A stretch of 64,000 nucleotides of DNA, from the IMG/VR virus record IMGVR_UViG_3300045988_080648. One strand, written 5' to 3'. Below the pieces are notes generated by a model, which did no database searches, was not told the DNA's origin, and saw nothing but the letters and a program-made list of their open reading frames with translations. This stretch comes from a virus. Both the position numbers and the translations under genes were made by a program. Positions 37,754-47,405 of this stretch are shown piece by piece (positions within the stretch are counted from its first letter, which is position 1; each line of letters starts with the position of its first letter).

Positions 37754-38159
37754 AAGGAGCGTAACAGAATGGCAGAAAGCGCTTCAGTAAAACTTTATAA
37801 TAGAGATAAAGCTGATGGTTATTGGATTCCTACAGATACTAATCTGTATGCTAGTTATATATTTAAACCTAATGATACACATATAAGTATACTTGATAAA
37901 ATTATACTTCATAGTTCTGAGTTCGCTGCTGATGAATTAGATGGAGGTTCTGCTTGTCATCTTAATTTATCTGAACATTTAAGTCAGAAACAATATGAGT
38001 ATTTACTTAAATTTATGGCTAAAGTAGGTTGTAAATATGTTACTTTTAATATTCCTAATTGTGAATGTGATGAGTGTCATTTTATAGCAAAACAGCCATT
38101 TAGTAAATGTCCTAAATGTGGTAGTACTCATGTAAGTCTATGGGATAGGATTATTGGGT
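37754..38159 (+). CDS. nrdD: NrdD exon 2 (Zn-ribbon CECDEC...CPKCG; ends ...LWDRIIG plus the first T of the glycyl-radical Tyr codon)
   Basis: ORF track 37769-38161, with the frame open from 37754. Splicing at 38159 and 39215 restores RIIGY. Confidence 0.6.
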
Positions 38160-39214
38160 GAATATAAACGCCCCACATAATAGTAATATTATGTAGTAAA
38201 CGCAGAATATGCTGGAAACCCCTTAGAGCCTAAGTATACTTGAAATATTTTCAAGGATGAACAAGTCTTAGGATTGGGCAATCAGCAGACATATAAATTG
38301 TTAATTTATGTTAAAGTGTTAAGATTTATACAAGTCTTGTATATACTTAACATATATAAAATTTATGGGTCTCAGAGACTACCAATGCGCAACCTATGGG
38401 TTGATAGTATAGTCCACTCCCTTATTATTAACATAATTATTTAACAATATGAGAAAAATAACAGAAGAACGCTTTTGTGAAGTATGTGGAGTATCATCAA
38501 AATTTAAAAAAGTTAGTTTTAATAAACTTTCTGGAAAAATACTATGTGAAAAACATAGGGAACAATTTAGAAGATTTGGGGAATTTAAAGATACTAATTC
38601 AAGAGGAGTATTTGATGATAATGAAATTAGATTAAAAGATAATTTTGCGGAAATAGATACTTATGATTCCCATGGAAATATTATGGAAACATTTATTCTA
38701 GATATAGATGATGTTCCAAAATTAAAGGGTCATAAATGGAGAACTGTTTATAAAAATAATAAACCTTATTTATTTACAGGAAACCAGAAAAAAGAACGTA
38801 TCTATTTTCATAGGTTGGTACTTCCTACTGATAAACAAGTTGACCATATTAGTGGAGATACTCATGATAATAGAAAATGTAATCTTAGAGAAGTAACTAT
38901 TCAAGAAAATATGTTAAACCTACAAAAGAAATCTAATAATACTTCGGGTATTCGAGGTGTATCTTTTGATAAAAAACGGAATAGGTGGAAAACTGATTTT
39001 ACTTTTCAGAAACAACGTTATTATTTAATGAATAGAGACTTAAAAGAAGAAGCCGTTTATCAAAGGTATCTTTGTGAGAAATTAGTATTAAAAAATTTTC
39101 GGAATGATGCTCTATATAATTCTTATATTGATAAAATTTCAGAGGAACGTAAAGCTGAAATAAAAGAATATGTTATTAATAAATTAAATATCTCGAAAGA
39201 GAGGGTATAAAAGG
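38160..39214 (+). mobile_element. group I-type intron 2 in nrdD (about 1055 nt) carrying an HNH-AP2 homing endonuclease gene. The 5' exon ends in T and the intron ends in G.
   Basis: A GC-richer structured 5' part (AAACGCCCCACATAA...) is followed by the HEG. The exon 2 / exon 3 junction reconstitutes the glycyl-radical motif RIIGY. Confidence 0.55.
38449..39210 (+). CDS. intron-encoded HNH homing endonuclease with a C-terminal AP2 DNA-binding domain
   Basis: ORF track. HNH motif VDHISGDTHDNRKCNLREVTIQENM. AP2-like SGIRGVSFDKKRNRWKTDFTFQKQRYY. Confidence 0.7.
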   Translation: MRKITEERFCEVCGVSSKFKKVSFNKLSGKILCEKHREQFRRFGEFKDTNSRGVFDDNEIRLKDNFAEIDTYDSHGNIMETFILDIDDVPKLKGHKWRTVYKNNKPYLFTGNQKKERIYFHRLVLPTDKQVDHISGDTHDNRKCNLREVTIQENMLNLQKKSNNTSGIRGVSFDKKRNRWKTDFTFQKQRYYLMNRDLKEEAVYQRYLCEKLVLKNFRNDALYNSYIDKISEERKAEIKEYVINKLNISKERV

Positions 39215-39315
39215 ATTTAACTAAGATTTCTAACTGGAGTGCTGCCAGACAACTAGAAGGTAGTACTAGAAGTAGAAAAAATGAATTAGAAATTAGTATA
39301 GAATTAGCACAATGA
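39215..39315 (+). CDS. nrdD: NrdD exon 3 (short C-terminal exon -YLTKISNWSAARQLEGSTRSRKNELEISIELAQ, carrying the glycyl-radical region). The stop TGA overlaps the trx ATG.
   Basis: Hand translation in the frame set by the splice junction. Loose similarity to NrdD C-termini (GYL.....N...RQ.E). Confidence 0.4.
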
Positions 39316-39575
39316 AAAGAATATTAAAATTTGAAGCAGAATGGTGTGGACAATGTAAAGCTTTAGCACCTATTTTAAAAAGAGTATTAGAAAATCATAC
39401 TGATATTACTTTAACTACAGTAGATATAGAAACAGAGGAAGAGACTACTCTTAAATATAATATTAGAAATCTTCCAACTCTTGTATTTATAAAAGATGAT
39501 ATAGAAGTAGGAAGAACTTCTGGAGTTTTAACTGCCGATATGCTTGAGAATAAAATTAAAGAGTTCTATGCTTAA
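39312..39575 (+). CDS. thioredoxin/glutaredoxin-like protein (active site WCGQC)
   Basis: ORF track. CxxC redox motif. Adjacent to nrdD and nrdG. Confidence 0.65.
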   Translation: MKRILKFEAEWCGQCKALAPILKRVLENHTDITLTTVDIETEEETTLKYNIRNLPTLVFIKDDIEVGRTSGVLTADMLENKIKEFYA

Positions 39576-40044
39576 ATATGTTGATACAGCTGTTACTTTT
39601 GCAGAATTTCCTAATGAAATTTCTCTATGTATTAATATTAGTAACTGCAATTGTTTCTGTAATGGTTGCCACTCACCTTATTTGTCAAAAGATATTGGAG
39701 AAATACTATCATTGGAACGACTCCAAGGATTAATTGAATCTAATAAAGGAATTACATTAGTAGGATTTATGGGAGGAGATTCTGATCCAAAAGAAGTAAA
39801 TAAATTAGCTAAATGGGTTAGAGAAAATTATCCTGAATTACATGTAGGATGGTATAGTGGTAAGCAAGAATTAGCTGATAGTGTTATAGATATTAATAAT
39901 TTTGATTTTATTAAACTGGGTTCTTATATGAAACAATTTGGACCATTAAATAATCCGAATACTAATCAAAAATTTTATAAGATAGATAGAAATGCTCATA
40001 CAATGATATGGTGTACTAATATATTTTGGAAGGAGGCTGAATAA
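39544..40044 (+). CDS. nrdG: anaerobic RNR activating enzyme NrdG, radical-SAM (Cys cluster NCNCFCNGC). The likely start is M at about 39567 (MLKYVDTAV...).
   Basis: ORF track. Cysteine motif and size. Follows nrdD. Confidence 0.65.
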   Translation: MRIKLKSSMLKYVDTAVTFAEFPNEISLCINISNCNCFCNGCHSPYLSKDIGEILSLERLQGLIESNKGITLVGFMGGDSDPKEVNKLAKWVRENYPELHVGWYSGKQELADSVIDINNFDFIKLGSYMKQFGPLNNPNTNQKFYKIDRNAHTMIWCTNIFWKEAE

Positions 40045-40056
40045 GCCTCCTTTTTT
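40032..40056 (+). terminator. rho-independent terminator (GGAGGCT loop GAATA AGCCTCC, then TTTTTT)
   Basis: Perfect 7-bp inverted repeat plus T6, directly after the nrdG stop. Confidence 0.75.
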
Positions 40057-40218
40057 GTTTTATGGAGTGTGCAATTTTAAATTATGGTGTAGGAAGTGTT
40101 GATTTAATAACAGTTCCAGATGATATTAATGATGTAGAAGTTTATTTATGTGATGTTCTTGGTTACAGAGAAGATGAAATAGAATTTATGATTAAAGAGG
40201 GTAAAATTAATGTAGAAG

Positions 40219-40614
40219 ATGATAGAGACTAAACGAATAAATAATTTAGAATTTAGGGTCGCTACCTATCTTTTAAAAAATCCTCCTGAAATTAAAGCCT
40301 ATCATATAAATAGATATATGCCTAATTGTTATTATGGTCATGAGTCTGATTTTATAAAAATAGATAATGATTGGTACAGAGACCCAAACTTTTCTTGGCA
40401 TAAAATACATAAAAGCTGCTTTAAAAATTCTGAAACTTGTTATGCTATAGCAAGTTTTGAGTATAATAAACATGAAGGAGTTTATGAGTTTATATGGATA
40501 GGTGAAAGACCTTTAGATTTAACAGAACAAGAAGAAAAAGATTTTAAAGAATTAATTATTTATGGTTTTAATAAATTAAATCATGGAAGTAACGAAGGTA
40601 AGTCAGATTACTGA
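40219..40614 (+). CDS. hypothetical protein (131 aa)
   Basis: ORF track. Confidence 0.45.
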   Translation: MIETKRINNLEFRVATYLLKNPPEIKAYHINRYMPNCYYGHESDFIKIDNDWYRDPNFSWHKIHKSCFKNSETCYAIASFEYNKHEGVYEFIWIGERPLDLTEQEEKDFKELIIYGFNKLNHGSNEGKSDY

Positions 40615-40798
40615 TAGTCTTAAAAAATACACATATAGTGGTAAAGACTCTGACTATATAACTCTTACGGAATGGACTAATGGAGAAGGGTATGACATTG
40701 ATATTAATGGTAAATTAATAACTTTATCTTATGATGAACTAGAAGCCATTAACTATTTAGTTCTAGTAATGCGCTTCGAAAACAAAAATAATGGATGA
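40583..40798 (+). CDS. hypothetical protein (71 aa)
   Basis: ORF track. Confidence 0.35.
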   Translation: MEVTKVSQITDSLKKYTYSGKDSDYITLTEWTNGEGYDIDINGKLITLSYDELEAINYLVLVMRFENKNNG

Positions 40799-40950
40799 CA
40801 TAATCGTGTTAGATTATTCCAATGGTAAAGTTTATATTTATACTTTACCTAGATTAAATATGTATGATAGTGAGATAGAAGATTGGTTAGATTCTATGAG
40901 TTTTGATCTAAGCAATATAAATTGGATGGTTAATAAAAATATCACAATTA

Positions 40951-41409
40951 ATGATGAAAGAAAGTAAAATAGAATCAGAAAATAGAACTGAGTTAGAGCA
41001 GAATATTGATGAAATTATTGAGAAGGCTAGAAAAACTTCTAATACTTTTATTTTAGATACTGCAAAATTAATTAAATCTGAATTATCTCGCAATAAGTAT
41101 TCTGAGAAACCAATTTCTGAATTGGAGGTTCTACAACAAATGGCTAAGACACGTGCAAAAACTATAGCTATATATGATAAAGCAGGTCGTTATGATTTAA
41201 GAGATAAAGACGCCGCAGAATTGGGTTTTATTCAAGAATTTATACCTAAAGAACCTTCAGAGCAGGAGATTGAAGAACTTATTGCTGAATTAATGGAAGC
41301 AACAACTCTTACTATTAAAGATACTAAAGGTGTTATTGAAGATGTTCAGAGTGCATTTCCTACTGCTCAGAAAAGTACTATTGTTAAAATATTTAAATCT
41401 TTACTGTAA
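40951..41409 (+). CDS. GatB/YqeY-domain protein
   Basis: ORF track. C-terminal region resembles the YqeY/GatB C-terminal domain. Confidence 0.5.
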   Translation: MMKESKIESENRTELEQNIDEIIEKARKTSNTFILDTAKLIKSELSRNKYSEKPISELEVLQQMAKTRAKTIAIYDKAGRYDLRDKDAAELGFIQEFIPKEPSEQEIEELIAELMEATTLTIKDTKGVIEDVQSAFPTAQKSTIVKIFKSLL

Positions 41410-41723
41410 TGAAGTTATACGGAAAATTTGATGGTGAGGCTATTACTAATATCTCTTATAATTTGAAAGCTTTTGAAGAGTATAATGATGTTTACTATAC
41501 TATTAAAGAAGCTGTATCAATATATGATATTTACATACCTTTTGAAGAAAACTTAGATGCAGATTGGCTTCCTTATAATTGTACTATCGTAGAAGATGAA
41601 ATATTTTTAAAAGATGGTGAATACTATTATGAAGGAGAGGAGCCTGATGATTCAGTAAGAGGAAAACGAACATTTGAATATAAAGAAGGTAAGTTAGTAA
41701 AACAAGAGTTTAAGCCATATTAA
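41409..41723 (+). CDS. hypothetical protein (104 aa)
   Basis: ORF track. Confidence 0.45.
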   Translation: MKLYGKFDGEAITNISYNLKAFEEYNDVYYTIKEAVSIYDIYIPFEENLDADWLPYNCTIVEDEIFLKDGEYYYEGEEPDDSVRGKRTFEYKEGKLVKQEFKPY

Positions 41724-41724
41724 T

Positions 41725-42060
41725 ATGTATTTTATATATCAAAAGAATATAAATGTAGCTAGTGAATATAGTTATAATATAGACTCTATAGTTGAATGGT
41801 TAAAAGATTATATCGATCTAGATGATATTATAGAGGCACATGGAGGAGTAGGAGAAGTCACTGCTAAAGATATAGTAGACGATATTTTCTATGAATCCGA
41901 TTCTTGGTATAATGATTTTATACAAAAATTTGATATAGAATCAGATGTTGTAGAGAATATGTGTTCTGATGATATTGCTGAACAGATAAAAGAAGTAGCA
42001 GAAGATAAATTAATAGATTACTATACTAAATATTTAGAAAAACTAAAATTTAAAGAATGA
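41725..42060 (+). CDS. hypothetical acidic protein (111 aa)
   Basis: ORF track. Confidence 0.45.
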   Translation: MYFIYQKNINVASEYSYNIDSIVEWLKDYIDLDDIIEAHGGVGEVTAKDIVDDIFYESDSWYNDFIQKFDIESDVVENMCSDDIAEQIKEVAEDKLIDYYTKYLEKLKFKE

Positions 42061-43037
42061 TAGACTTAACATGGAGTGAAATTCGACAAGTATCTGTTGA
42101 TGAAGGTACCCTTTATTCAGCTTTACTTTATGTATATCGTACTTATATAGGAGATGAAGACGATGGTATAGATGAGACTATTGATGGAATACGAGATTAC
42201 ATAGAAGATTATATAGAAGAGTTAATTGAAGAAGCTTCTCCTTATGATTATTCTAAGGGAGATATAGATGCTGAAGATATTACAGAATTAGTTACCAAAG
42301 ATGAATTCTTAGAAAAGTTTAAAAGTGGTATTTGGGTGAGTAAAATATTAGTAATTCCGGATACGCATGGTCGTAGTTTTTGGAAAGAACCATGCAATAA
42401 TTGGGAAGGTAAAATTATATTCTTAGGAGATTATCATGACCCTTATGGAGAATATATAGTAGGAGAACCTGATAAAGAAGAATCTTTAATCAATCTTAGA
42501 GAATTAGTTGCTTTTGTAGAGAATAGACGTAAGATTTCTGATGTTATATGTTTATTAGGTAACCACGATCTGGTTTATTTCAATGGAGTTGGAAAGTGTC
42601 GTTTTGATTCTCATAAACAAATTGAAGTAAGGTTTTTAATTAGAACTTTAAATCCCCAAGTATATTACATATATGAAGATTTAACTACTAAAGAGCCTAA
42701 TAAATATTTATTCTCTCATGCAGGTATTACTAAAGATTGGATGGATTATAATTATATGGAGTTAGAGGATTTAAATGATGTAAATTTAAATAATCTTAGT
42801 GCTCTTGATCATATTCCTTACTCTAGAGGAGGTTATAATAAATATGGTTCTTGTATTTGGAATGATTTAGAAGATTTTCAAGTACAAACTCCATATAAAG
42901 ATTATTACCAAATATTTGGACACTCTTGGGGAGGTAGAACTGAACCTGTAATCACAGATAAATATGCTATGTTAGATTGTTGTAAACCATTTATATTAAA
43001 TACAGAAACTAAACAAATTGTACCATGGATATTATAA
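42057..43037 (+). CDS. Ser/Thr protein-phosphatase-like metallophosphoesterase (motifs IPDTHG, GDYHD, LLGNHD)
   Basis: ORF track. PPP-family motifs. Confidence 0.6.
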   Translation: MIDLTWSEIRQVSVDEGTLYSALLYVYRTYIGDEDDGIDETIDGIRDYIEDYIEELIEEASPYDYSKGDIDAEDITELVTKDEFLEKFKSGIWVSKILVIPDTHGRSFWKEPCNNWEGKIIFLGDYHDPYGEYIVGEPDKEESLINLRELVAFVENRRKISDVICLLGNHDLVYFNGVGKCRFDSHKQIEVRFLIRTLNPQVYYIYEDLTTKEPNKYLFSHAGITKDWMDYNYMELEDLNDVNLNNLSALDHIPYSRGGYNKYGSCIWNDLEDFQVQTPYKDYYQIFGHSWGGRTEPVITDKYAMLDCCKPFILNTETKQIVPWIL

Positions 43038-43276
43038 AACTTCCATACACTTCTTATCTTGAACTTAGTGTAAAAGATTTTTCAGAGTTTATACAAAATG
43101 AACTCTTAGAAGAAAATGTTCCTAGAGATAATTGGCATGATGATATAGGTGATAATATTTATTATTACTTAGAAAGATACTTTATAAAAAAAGATATAAA
43201 ATATGATGAGCATATTAATGAAGAATTGCTAGATTTATTATGTGAAAGTATTTGGGAATATTTAAAGTTACTTTAA
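43025..43276 (+). CDS. hypothetical protein (83 aa)
   Basis: ORF track. Confidence 0.4.
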   Translation: MDIIKLPYTSYLELSVKDFSEFIQNELLEENVPRDNWHDDIGDNIYYYLERYFIKKDIKYDEHINEELLDLLCESIWEYLKLL

Positions 43277-43522
43277 TGAAAATTAAATTCATAGAAACTT
43301 TAGAGATAAGTACTTCTGAATATTGGAATTGGATTAAGAGTTTATTTCCTTCAACATTATCTAATAAAGAAAGTATTTGATAAATGGATGCCAAAAAGCT
43401 AATGTTTATACTTATAGATTTTTAAAATTACGAGGTTATAAAAACAATAATCCTTTAGATTTTAGTCTAAGAGAAGTTATAAACGACGTAGCACAATACA
43501 TAATTAAATTATCTTTAAAATT

Positions 43523-43792
43523 ATGAAAATTTCATACCAATATCTTACAACAGATGAATTAGATGTAAGTATTAAAGATATATTTGATTATATAAAATTC
43601 TTACATACTGATTCAGATATGTCTATTAAGTCTCCTCTATCTTATGTGGAAGAATGGGAGTTAAATAAAGAAGAAATTATCCAAGCTTTATATGGTACTC
43701 AAGTATATGAGGAAGTTTGTCCACGTTTTTATAGAACACTAGAAGAAAAGTTATTACCTTATTTAAAACGTGCTGATGGAGAACCCTCTTAG
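43523..43792 (+). CDS. hypothetical protein (89 aa)
   Basis: ORF track. Confidence 0.4.
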   Translation: MKISYQYLTTDELDVSIKDIFDYIKFLHTDSDMSIKSPLSYVEEWELNKEEIIQALYGTQVYEEVCPRFYRTLEEKLLPYLKRADGEPS

Positions 43793-44186
43793 AACATGGT
43801 GGAAGGTTAGGAAATGGTTTAAAATTCCTAAACCTTCCATTTATTTTGGACACATAATATCAGGGCTACCTTGTAGACTTCCTAATAAATGGATTAAGTT
43901 ATATAGTTATGACGTTACTTGGAAAGATAAATATGATAGTCCTAGATTTGAATTTGTTCCTCAAATAAATTTAGAATTATTTAAGATATATCAGTTATTA
44001 TTAACTTTTCAAACTAATAATAATGATATATATTGGGAGACAATCTTAGATATAATTTATTATAATAAATCTCTTAAAGAAGCTATAAATAAAAATACTT
44101 GGGAGAATTATAATAAAGAAAAAATAAACGCTTTTACTAAGGGATTTCTTACTCCTAAAGGAGAAAGATTATATTTATATGAGTAA
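43770..44186 (+). CDS. hypothetical protein (138 aa)
   Basis: ORF track. Confidence 0.45.
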   Translation: MLMENPLRTWWKVRKWFKIPKPSIYFGHIISGLPCRLPNKWIKLYSYDVTWKDKYDSPRFEFVPQINLELFKIYQLLLTFQTNNNDIYWETILDIIYYNKSLKEAINKNTWENYNKEKINAFTKGFLTPKGERLYLYE

Positions 44187-44418
44187 TGAATTAAATTATA
44201 TAGATAATTTCGATGGGTCTCCAGAAAGACCTAATATGATAGATAATCCTTTTGTAAAAGGAAATAATTGGTTAAGATTTATTGAAGAAGAGAAACAGAT
44301 AACATTAGGAGAGGAGCAATTACAAGTATTGCATGATATAGTTGATATTATATTAAATAATTTCAAACAAAAGGACTTTTTAAATCCTATAAATTTAGGA
44401 GGAGCTGCTGGTTGTGGT
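44179..44418 (+). CDS. Dda/RecD-like SF1 helicase, exon 1. It ends inside Walker A: ...INLGGAAGCG then the intron.
   Basis: ORF track 44179-44424. Walker A is completed by exon 2 (GCG|KS). Confidence 0.55.
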
Positions 44419-45909
44419 AATTAATAAAAATACTCTATTATAAAATATCTTTTAAAAAATTTTGATTTATAGGTGGGCATATATAATAGCTATACATAAA
44501 ATGTATAGTAAAATGAGTAAAATTACAGTACCTGAATCAGATTTAATTCTTATAAAAAAATATTATGAGGAAGATAATAAAAAAGTATCAGAGATAGTAA
44601 GATTATTAAATAATAAATATTCTTCCGGAGTAATTATTACTAGATTAAAAAATCTAGGAATATATCAAAGTACTAGAGGTAAAATACCAGATAATATTGG
44701 TAATAATATTATAGCAGAATATAATAAGGGCAATAGTATAGTAAGTTTGTCTAAACAATTTGGATATTCTACTACTAAAATATCTACATATTTAAAAAAT
44801 AATGATATTATTGTTATAAATAGACAAAATATTATAAATTATGATTTGGATAAAGATATTATACCCTTATATAATCAAGGATATAGCCTTACTAAATTAG
44901 CCGAGATATTTCATACTAATAGAAATAATTTAGCTAAAAAATTAAAAGCTAGAGGAATTGAAATAATCAATCATCAAAATGAAACTAAATTTAATGAACA
45001 TATCTTCGATGTTATAGATACAGAAGATAAGGCTTATTGGTTAGGTTTTATATTTGCTGATGGTTATATTGACAGTAGTCCTTTAGAAAAAAATAAAAAA
45101 TCTAGATACGGTTTTGAAATATCTTTAAAAGGTTCTGATGCTGAGCATCTACATAAATTTAATGAATTTATGGGTCATAATAAAGATAATGTAAAAATTG
45201 GTTATGTAAATTGTAATGGTAAACGTTGTGTTAGATGTAGATGGTATGTAGCGAATAAACACTTATGGAATACCTTAAATAGTCTAGGATGTACTCCTAG
45301 AAAAAGTTTAACACTAAAATTTCCAGAAAAAAGAATTTTTCAAGATATTTCTCTTATAAGACATTTTATTAGAGGATACTTTGATGGTGATGGATGTTTA
45401 AGTTATTGTAAAAGTATTAAAACTTTTTCTCCAATTTGTACATTTTTAGGTACTAAAGAATTTTTATAGGTACTATGTAGTTATTGTGAATTACTAACAG
45501 ATAGAACTATAAATCATAAAAGTAATGAAAATGTATATGAGGTATCTTGTACTCACAATATAGCCAGTAAATTATTACATTATTTATATGATGATGCAAA
45601 TATTTATTTACAAAGAAAATATAATAGAGCAATATTTTTATGGAATGGTTGCCGGTCACTTGAGAAATTAAGTGAATTTTTACAAACCAATATCGGTGAA
45701 GGCTGTGATGCTAATACCGAGATAACTACAGAAACTAAAGAGTCTGTAGCATCGTAGAGCGTAGAACTTGAACCTGAGAAATCAGAATAAAATAGTTCCA
45801 AGAGTGGTTTGCCCTCAGCACATAAAGGTGGAGGTGAATATGTACGCCGAGCTATAGCAAATAAGAAACTATAGAAATACAGATAAAAAGCTGTATGATA
45901 ACAAAACTG
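44419..45909 (+). mobile_element. group I-type intron (about 1.49 kb) in the Dda-like helicase, carrying a LAGLIDADG homing endonuclease gene. The 5' exon ends in T and the intron ends in G (45909).
   Basis: Splicing joins LGGAAGCG to KSLCTSFLLEWINTKGFPVKLCAPTHKAA (Walker A plus motif Ia). The 3' intron blocks are shared with the introns at 21921-22036 and 48510-48625. Confidence 0.6.
44462..45469 (+). CDS. intron-encoded LAGLIDADG homing endonuclease (two LAGLIDADG motifs: LGFIFADGYI and GYFDGDGCL). It ends at an in-frame TAG, and the same frame stays open to 45757 with homologous C-terminal sequence. It may therefore be decaying or need read-through.
   Basis: ORF track. The post-TAG continuation VLCSYCELLTDRTINHKSNENVYEVSCTHNIASKLLHYLYDDANIYLQRKYNRAIF... 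aligns with the C-terminus of the LAGLIDADG protein at 56423. Confidence 0.6.
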   Translation: MIYRWAYIIAIHKMYSKMSKITVPESDLILIKKYYEEDNKKVSEIVRLLNNKYSSGVIITRLKNLGIYQSTRGKIPDNIGNNIIAEYNKGNSIVSLSKQFGYSTTKISTYLKNNDIIVINRQNIINYDLDKDIIPLYNQGYSLTKLAEIFHTNRNNLAKKLKARGIEIINHQNETKFNEHIFDVIDTEDKAYWLGFIFADGYIDSSPLEKNKKSRYGFEISLKGSDAEHLHKFNEFMGHNKDNVKIGYVNCNGKRCVRCRWYVANKHLWNTLNSLGCTPRKSLTLKFPEKRIFQDISLIRHFIRGYFDGDGCLSYCKSIKTFSPICTFLGTKEFL

Positions 45910-47139
45910 AAGTCGCTTTGCACTAGCTTCCTTTTAGAGTGGATAAATACCAAAGGCTTCCCAGTTAAGTTATGTGCTCCTACTCATAAAGCAGCTTTAG
46001 TACTTAAAAAGTATAATAATTACGATGCAACTACTCTTCATAGTATGTTAGCATTATCTCCTAAAGTAGATATTCTTAAACTGGATATCAGAGAATTAAG
46101 ATTCTTTGCTACTAATGATAAAAAAATGTCTATACCATATGATGGAATTGTCATTTGTGATGAAGCATCTATGGTAAGTAGTGATTTATATGATTTATTA
46201 GTAGAAAAATGTAGCTTAATGGGTACTATGATTATCTTTTGTGATGATTATGCTCAGTTAAACCCAGTGAAAGAAGATGAACAATCAAAAGTCTTTAGAT
46301 GTAAACATCAATTTAGATTGACTAAAATATACAGACAATCTGAAAAAAGTGGTCTTAAAGGCATTTTACAGACGCTTAGAGAGTCTCCAATACAACAGTG
46401 GGATAACTGTGAAGGTGAGGATGGAAGTCTCTTTGTAGAGTCTAAATTAGAAAATTTTTGTAGAAAAGCAGTTTCGGAATTTAAATACGAGATAGAAGCT
46501 AAGGATATATTACATACTAAAATTCTAGCTTATACTAATGCTCGTGTAAATAACTATAATAAAGCTATTCATAAACTTTTATGGAATGATAATAATTTTC
46601 TTCATAAAGGAGAAATTTTAATGGCTTATGAGAATTTCAAAAAAGATGGTTATGAAATAACTAATTCTATGGATTATATAGTAGAGGAATTTACTCCTAC
46701 TATTATTGATGTTCCATATTATACTAAGTGTAAAGGATACTTAGTTAAACTATATGATGAATATAATAACATATCTTTTGAAATTCCACTATTAGCTCCA
46801 GAAGAATGTAATGAAGATTTAGCTATAGTTATAGAAACTATAAGAACTGAAGCAATAAATTCTCAAGGATACGATAGAAAAAAGAAGTGGGGAATATATT
46901 ATGCTTTAATGGGAAGTTTTTGTACATCTAAAGATCTATTTACTGATGGTAGATGTATAAGAAAAGCTACTTTTAAATACGGATATGCTATTACTACTCA
47001 TCGTTCTCAAGGGTCTTCTTATGATAATGTATTTATAGATATGAAAGATATCTTTAGAGCTAAAGATAAAGAGACTCTTAGGCAATTACAATATGTAAGT
47101 ATGTCTAGAACTAGAAGCGATATAACTATGCTATTATGA
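45910..47139 (+). CDS. Dda/RecD-like SF1 helicase, exon 2 (motif Ia LCAPTHKAA, Walker B IVICDEASMV, C-terminal motif TTHRSQGSSYDNVFID)
   Basis: ORF track 45895-47139, trimmed to the splice acceptor. Confidence 0.65.
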   Translation, partial: KSLCTSFLLEWINTKGFPVKLCAPTHKAALVLKKYNNYDATTLHSMLALSPKVDILKLDIRELRFFATNDKKMSIPYDGIVICDEASMVSSDLYDLLVEKCSLMGTMIIFCDDYAQLNPVKEDEQSKVFRCKHQFRLTKIYRQSEKSGLKGILQTLRESPIQQWDNCEGEDGSLFVESKLENFCRKAVSEFKYEIEAKDILHTKILAYTNARVNNYNKAIHKLLWNDNNFLHKGEILMAYENFKKDGYEITNSMDYIVEEFTPTIIDVPYYTKCKGYLVKLYDEYNNISFEIPLLAPEECNEDLAIVIETIRTEAINSQGYDRKKKWGIYYALMGSFCTSKDLFTDGRCIRKATFKYGYAITTHRSQGSSYDNVFIDMKDIFRAKDKETLRQLQYVSMSRTRSDITMLL

Positions 47140-47405
47140 TTGATGTATTATTGATTCATAATAATCCAGCATTAGTAGAATTGTTTAAAAACTCCTATAA
47201 TGGAGAAGCTTTTTTACAATTCTTAGATAGAGGTTCTAAAGTAGAACGTAGTAAAGCTTATAAGATACAGCAAGAATGGGGTAGTAGTCAAACCCCATTT
47301 GCACTAGTGAAAAAAGATGATAAGGTTATTAAAGCCTTTTATGCAGAAGATAAAAACAATGTAATTTCTAAATTAATATCTTATTTAAATGAGCACAATT
47401 ATTAA
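47136..47405 (+). CDS. hypothetical protein (89 aa)
   Basis: ORF track. Confidence 0.45.
   Translation: MIDVLLIHNNPALVELFKNSYNGEAFLQFLDRGSKVERSKAYKIQQEWGSSQTPFALVKKDDKVIKAFYAEDKNNVISKLISYLNEHNY

Noticed and set aside
44462-45757. Genome-wide TAG reassignment (alternative genetic code) as the explanation for the in-frame TAG in the LAGLIDADG gene
   Set aside because: TAG ends several other genes immediately before the next gene start (for example 27087, 33960, 34791). TAA and TGA also behave as stops. So a standard code with a local nonsense mutation is more parsimonious.
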